Of a DNA stretch of 64,000 bases, positions 57,478-64,000 are shown in pieces; the first letter of the stretch is position 1, and the number at the start of each line of letters is the position of its first letter. Under the pieces are notes generated by a model. The model was not told where the DNA came from and searched no databases. It was given only the letters and a program-made list of their open reading frames with translations. Source of the stretch: the human T2T-CHM13v2.0 reference genome, Homo sapiens; the NCBI RefSeq assembly GCF_009914755.1, contig NC_060941.1. One strand, written 5' to 3'. A program made the position numbers and the translations under genes.

Positions 57478-58150
57478 CTAGGAGCAAAAACATGTAAAAC
57501 AGAAGATAGATGAGATTTCCATTCATTCTAAATTTTATCCCATTCGGCCCTTGTAAGGCTTTGGTGGAGTTAAACATCCTTTTTGGATATCCTTATCTTA
57601 GCTTAGTACCTTCAAACTTGCAAGTGAACAAATTTCAATCTGGCTCCTAGGACTAAGTCTTACGAAATAAATTTTATATTGATTTGGACAAAACTGAAAG
57701 AGAACTTTGTGGAGGAGAAAGGGTGATATGAAGTCAACTAAATTACCTCAGAACTGATTTACATAAAGGTAGGCCATGACACAATTTCTGCTTATAGAAA
57801 TCATACTGTTGGGCATGTATTCAAATGTAAACATTAATATTGATAAAGATGCTAAATGAAATTAGGTAGAGAGAAAAGAAGGACTTTCCATAAAACATAA
57901 AACACAGGTCCTAAACTGTTTAGATTGTAGATGTTACCTACCATCAGATACAGCATCCCTAGAATTCAGTCTAACAAATTGTAACCTTTCAGTTTTGATA
58001 CAACAGTCCCCCCTTACCTTACATGAAGGCATTTTTTAAAAACTCTCTCTTTTAAAATTGTTAAAAGCAATATTTAATAGGCCTTTAAATTTAGGAACTA
58101 TTCATATCTCCACTAGGCATAGGCGACTAGTATATTAGAAGTCAACAGAA

Positions 58151-58438
58151 GGCTGGGAGTGGTGGCTCACGCCTGTAATCCCAACACTTTGTGGGGCCAA
58201 GATGGGCAGATCACTTGAGGCCGGGAGTTTGAGACCAGCCTGGCCAACATGGCAAAACCCTGTCTCTACTAAAAATAGAAAAAAATGAGCCAAGTGTGGT
58301 GGCACATTCCTGTAATCCCAGCTACTTGAGAGAATGAGGCATGAAAATCGTTTGAACCAAGGAGGCAGAGGTTGCCGAGATTGCATCACTGTACTCCAGC
58401 CTGGGTGACAGAATGAGACTGTCTCAAAAAAAAAAAAA
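58151..58438 (+). mobile_element. Alu (S/J)
   Basis: TSD agaagtcaacaga. Confidence 0.88.
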
Positions 58439-59658
58439 GAAGTCAACAGACACCAGTAGTTTCAAGACAGCCACTTATACGAGTCTTGGGCATCTGGACC
58501 TAAAGCCTTCCTCTTCCCTATACTGTTCACTTGCTTCAAAAGGCAGGGACAAAGAAACAAATTAATGAATTAAGTAAAAGACATGTGTTTAGAGGTCCCC
58601 AACAAAGAAGGATTATAACAGCAAGCAGAAAAGCAACCCCACCAGTTGAATGACCTGAGAAAACATATGAATAGTACAAATAGAAAAGTAATGTGGACTT
58701 TCACAGCCTACATCCAGACTTTAGTTTGACCACATTTCTTGCTATAACTCCAACCAAGAGATATGTTTATAGGCCAGTTCTTAACATTCATGATATTATA
58801 TATTTTTTAAAATTTAAATTGTCTTCCCCTTATAAGGAAGCACATTCTTGGGTTATTTCTTCCAATTTCTTCAATTCTGCGATGGCATTGCTGAGTAATA
58901 AAATTAATTTTATTAACAGCATAAACAAAAGATAACTGGAAAAATTAATTTTCTATAAGCAAATAATAAAATAATAAATTATCAGGCCAAATATAAATAA
59001 ATTTTGGTTTAACTGCATTAAAAAATTATTTGTACTGCCATCACACACCTTGCTGTAAATAACCAAGTATTGACACAACAATATGAAAAAAATGTGTCGA
59101 AGGAAAGGAGGGGTTTCTCAGTGTGGCCAGGAACAGAAATACTTCTTCTGACATCAACAAAGATTCCACTACAGTCAAGTCCTTCAAAGACAAGCATCAG
59201 TAGCTATGTTCTGGCAAGGGAAGAAAATAACTTTAATAATGCCATGATTTAAAATCAAAATTGTTATTGCTTTTAAAATTCCACAAGTGGCTGACAATAA
59301 CAGCAGAGCAACAGGATTCTGATTACATTGTAATAATGCAGGTCTCACAGCAAGTCCACAGCTATTACCCAGCGATTAGGCATCAGCACCTGGAGAAACT
59401 CCATTTACACTGACTGCTTCAATCTCCTCCACAAGTCATTTACAAATATATGATCCTAATTTCTATGAGAGAAAAAAAGACATGCTGGGACTAGAAGATT
59501 ATTTGGACAATTTGGATCAACCTATTTGATAGTTTAATGTGTGCCTTAAAAAAAAAAACTTTTTCTAAACTGCTAGGAGCATGATCATGAAGTGAAAAAC
59601 AAAACTAGTTGCCACTTTATCTTTTGTTTTTTTCTTAAATTGCTTTTCTTTCCTTTTC

Positions 59659-59662
<4 letters not shown>

Positions 59663-59710
<48 letters not shown>
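59663..59710. repeat. (AT)24 microsatellite
   Basis: Read directly. Confidence 0.95.
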
Positions 59711-59721
<11 letters not shown>

Positions 59722-59956
59722 TTTTAACAAGGAGATGAAAATGCCAAATGTCCCTGGATAAGCACAGTACCTGATGCAGTAAATAGCTTCTCTATGCTTA
59801 GAGTGTCAGCACAGTCTACCCTTACCTTTCTAAATAGCCTTAGGCAAAGATATTGGATTTCTCTGTGCCTTAGTTTCCACACCTAGTCAAGGAAAAGGGT
59901 AATTTCTTATTTCTCATTAATGTTACAAACATATGTAGCGAATATGAAGAAAATGC

Positions 59957-60253
59957 TTTTTTTTTTTTTTTAATTGAGATGGAGTCTTGTTCTGTCGCCA
60001 GGCTGGAGTGCAGTGGTGCAATCTCGGCTCACAGCAACCTCCGCCCCCAGGTTCAAGCGATTCTCTTGCCTTAGCCACCCGAGTAGCTGGCGCTACAGGC
60101 GCCCGCCACCACACCTGGCTAATTTTTGTATTTTCAGTAGAGACGGGGTTTCACCATATTGGCCAGGCTGGTCTTGAACTCCTGACCTTGTGATCTGCCC
60201 GCCTTGGCCTCCCAAAGTGTTGGGATTACAGGCGTGAGCCACTGCGCCTGGCT
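59957..60253 (-). mobile_element. AluS
   Basis: Full dimer; gaaaatg-type flanks. Confidence 0.9.
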
Positions 60254-60454
60254 GAAAATGTCTTTGTAGATCAACATGCGTTGATAAGTATGACACTTAG
60301 ATTTGAGGGCAACAAGAAGTGTCAAGTTGTGGTCAAATTATGGAAAAATACTCAAACATGGGCAATTAGTGCCTCAAAACCTAGGAAGAAACTTTCACAG
60401 ATTATTTCATGAAGCAGCAGCAGCAGCAGCCACATATAATATTAAGACTCTTCC

Positions 60455-60771
<317 letters not shown>

Positions 60772-61549
60772 ACTCTTCCAGCAAAGATTACCTTGATCAC
60801 TGGCTTTAGGTTAATTTTATGTGGTCACTGGCCAAGGGCAAGAAGGAAGGTAAATTTCTGTCTACAGAAAAAGCCCTAGGCATATCCCCTACTTTCACTT
60901 CTCTGGAAGCACCTTTTCCTCATACTGACCACTGCAATCTCATAGTTAGTTTAAGTGCTACAACACCGTCATGGAATAAGTACTAAGACTCATAGTCATC
61001 ACAAATTTACCATTTTTTCCCCTAGATATCTACCATTGGCATTACATGATGTGAATGCCAATGGTACGAACTGTCTACACCACTGAATTAAATTTTGAAA
61101 ACATCTACTGAGTTCTTTCTCTGCAAGAAGTCCATGGGCTAAGTGCTGTCCACTCCAAGAGAACACATGGGTCTTGCCATCAAGGGCAGTTTAAGAGGAC
61201 ACTTTGCTATCTATCACATATCATAATGAAATATAACTGTAGATTATTGTTTTAAGCATGCCTATCCTGTCCCCTCAACTAGACTATAAGCATCTTCAGG
61301 GCTAAGAATGTATTATTTACTAAAGTACCTAGATCTGTGCCCCCTATACCTGGCATCAAATCCTTAAGTTCTAGTATTTGCTCTATCATCTTCTAGCTGG
61401 TGACCTAGGGGTCTTAATTTCTCTGAGCTCCAGCTTTTGCCCATGTGTACAACTGGAACAATTCCTGACTTATCTAACCCCATGGAATCGTGGTAAGATG
61501 CAAATAAAAAATTTAGGTAGAATTTTTTTATAAATAAAAGGCATTATTA

Positions 61550-62520
61550 TTGCTAATAAATGTATGCTGACCAATTAGGAATTCAAAGGAGGAACATACA
61601 TTTTAGTTAGGGCTACTCAGAAGTCCTCACTGAAGAGATGAAATTTGAGACAGTTCTTAAGACAAACAAGATTTAGAAAGAAAGGTGAAAGAAAACTTTC
61701 TAGGAAAGAGGAAGTCAAAGAAGTATAATAAATGAGGCACATTAGACAATGAACACAGGTCTTTTCACAAAATAGCAAAGGCTACATGTTAGTCTCTCAA
61801 TAGGCTGATGATGTTGAAGCTAAAGTTAAGGAGGTATTCTGAAGGTCAGAGAGAATCACTGTTAAGTGGGAAAATAACATGGTAAGAGCACATTTGGGAC
61901 ATTTAATTTTGTGGTGATGAGCAGAATGGAAACTCTTTGGAGGGAGAAAGTGAAGGAAGATAAGTAGATCACAAGTAAGCCTGCTGCAGTGTCTCAGGTA
62001 TAAGATAGTAAGGGTTTGAATTAGAGATGGCAGTGGGAATTTTAAAACTGGAAAGAAGAAAAAGAGAAAGGGTAAAAAAGACTGCAAAGAAAAACTAACA
62101 GACCTTGGTGACTGACCAGATACAAATAAATATGTACAGATTGTGGGTAGAGGGGTAGAATGAAGGAATGTCAAGGAAAAAGTCAATGACTTTTGAATGA
62201 TTGGGAGTAAAAGGTATAGTGAGTTGTGAGGTTTTTTGTTTTGTTTTATGAGGGGATTGGAGAGGGACGAGAAGAGGTGAAGCAAAATGATGGAAAATGT
62301 CCATTTAGACGATGGCGTTTGATGTCAACAGGAGATATCCAAGTGACGTAAAATTGAAAGGAGGATAGATGTATAACTGATAGTTTCAAAGGAGGGGAGG
62401 GGAAGACACAGAAGGGACCTAAGGGGAGTTTAGGCTTAGACATGTGGAAAGTCACCAAAGGAAAATACTTGGTAGGTGATTCGAAGTTCAAGACTGGAGC
62501 TCTGGGAGAGATTTAGGAAG
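61550..62520 (-). mobile_element. Diverged L2 relic
   Basis: Purine-rich antisense-L2 pattern (gaccttggtgactgaccagat...gaatgtcaagg...gactggagctctgggagag). Confidence 0.6.
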
Positions 62521-62758
62521 ATAACTTCCCTTAAAAACATTTTAAATATTTGAGGTCTATTATCTGTTGACACACAAAGATATTCATTATATATTATTAA
62601 GTCACTTTGGGATTTTATCCCTAAATGCAGAACTAGCCATAGTTCTGAGAGTTATGATAAAAGACATAGCCATAAACTAGCAACTGATAAAAGGATAGCT
62701 ATGATACACAGCCAGTAGAAAGGGGACATCACGAGCTTCCACCCAATCAAGAACTTAC

Positions 62759-62866
62759 ATTTTGCTGGGTAAATTCTCTGAACATAGCTGCCAGCCTGTC
62801 ATCCTCAATATCACAGTCAGTCTTGATAGCCACATTGAGAATGTGAATTGGTTCATCCCTGGGAAC
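62759..62866 (-). CDS. ACACA: ACC1 exon, 108 nt: [36 protein letters not shown]
   Basis: acAG acceptor, GTAAGT donor, phase 0-0. Confidence 0.96.
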
Positions 62867-63776
62867 CTGTAACTCAAGAACACAAGTCAAAGAAATTATG
62901 AGGCTGGCCAATACAGATGCAGATAGAAGTTATAATATTTGGTAGAATACCTGAAAAAGAGATACACCCCACAGGATATTTTGGTTTGCCCAGCAGTAGG
63001 AATGAGCAAATTGAAACCACTGCCCAATAGCCACAGAGAGATTAAATCAGGTAAAGCATATAAATTTTAAAAGATAAGGCAGCAGAGGCATTAGTAACAG
63101 GTGGCCCAATCTTTACTTGGCATGAAGCTGAAGATCACTATGTCTCACCTTTTTTACCAATAAAATGGGGGTGAAACTATTTGCCACATCTCTTCACAGA
63201 ATGTGAAGGAAAATGAGTGATATAAGCCATCTGGACATGTTCCCACATAATATATTTCCTTACAATTTATCAAACAATGGAAGTATCAAATCATGAAAAA
63301 ATAACATCATAGAGAAAGAATAATTTATTTACTGATAAATAAAAAGAAATGATTTAATAAAAAGACAAAGTTTTCAACAAAATGCCTACTTTTTTTCTGT
63401 AATCTAAAGTCCTCCATTCTCTGAGGACTATGATTGCACCACTATGCAAAAATATAAGCCATGGCTGAGTAAGAATTCCAGCAACCAAAGCCCAAATCCT
63501 TAAAACAACATTCAGAGATTCAGAGGCAGCTGCAATGGACATAGCTGAGCCCACTCTATACTATGGACTCCAAAATTAATATAGTTTTTTTAAGTTAGGA
63601 TTTATATTCCACTTGTTTCCAGAAAATACTTTGGTGAGGCATACAAAATTAAATACTATAAAGTGGGGTAAAAGGATGAATTCTTTCCTATAATAGTTCA
63701 AAGTCAGAAAGATAGTATACAGTAGAAGTCCCATGTCTGAGGGGAACAAAGCAGTCTCCCAAAAGGGACATTATAC

Positions 63777-63873
63777 CTTATCCTCATCATAAAGAGACGT
63801 GTGACCTGCCTCAGGGAATGTGGGACTCTGGGGTGGGGAGTCAGAGAAGCAGCCCATCACTTCATCAAAGATC
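63777..63873 (-). CDS. ACACA: ACC1 exon, 97 nt: (R)IFDEVMGCFSDSPPQSPTFPEAGHTSLYDEDK
   Basis: tttttAG acceptor, GTATAA donor; contains SPPQSPTF (S1263 codon at 63825-63827). Confidence 0.96.
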
Positions 63874-64000
63874 CTAAAAAATACAAGAGAAACACCCACC
63901 ATGAAAACTCAAGTGGCATGAAACTAACACTGCCATTGGCAGCTGAGTCTAAAAGAATAATCTATCTTAGCCTGGGCTCAATAGTTAATTGAATAGAATC

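Noticed and set aside
61797-62285. 162-aa Leu/Ser/Phe-rich ORF
   Set aside because: Pyrimidine-rich strand of a decayed L2; compositional artefact

Overview
Human (or close primate) genomic DNA lying entirely inside the acetyl-CoA carboxylase 1 gene (ACACA, minus strand). I could place 14 consecutive coding exons at base resolution. Together they give 1828 nt (1 nt + 609 codons, about aa 1248-1856 by recalled ACC1 numbering), running from the central domain, including the BRCA1-binding S1263 site, into the carboxyltransferase domain. The gene continues off both ends of the window. The introns hold a processed HMGB1 pseudogene, a processed RPL18A pseudogene nested in an MST/MaLR solo LTR, about 33 Alu/FLAM copies, L2, L1M, MIR and hAT-Charlie relics, and microsatellites. 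There is no CpG island, CRISPR array or recognisable RNA gene. I found no novel gene system. The most unusual item is an old ~400-bp templated copy of an ACACA exon end, its splice donor and downstream intron, pasted into an L1 about 3 kb upstream, which creates a decoy donor. Also notable: a 17-kb GC-AG intron containing a microexon/ratchet-like site, a 45-nt symmetric exon preceded by QKI-type motifs, inverted Alus around a 219-nt in-frame exon pair, a three-monomer Alu, and repeat-poor motif-dense blocks that may be long-range enhancers. Repeat boundaries and subfamilies are estimated by eye.
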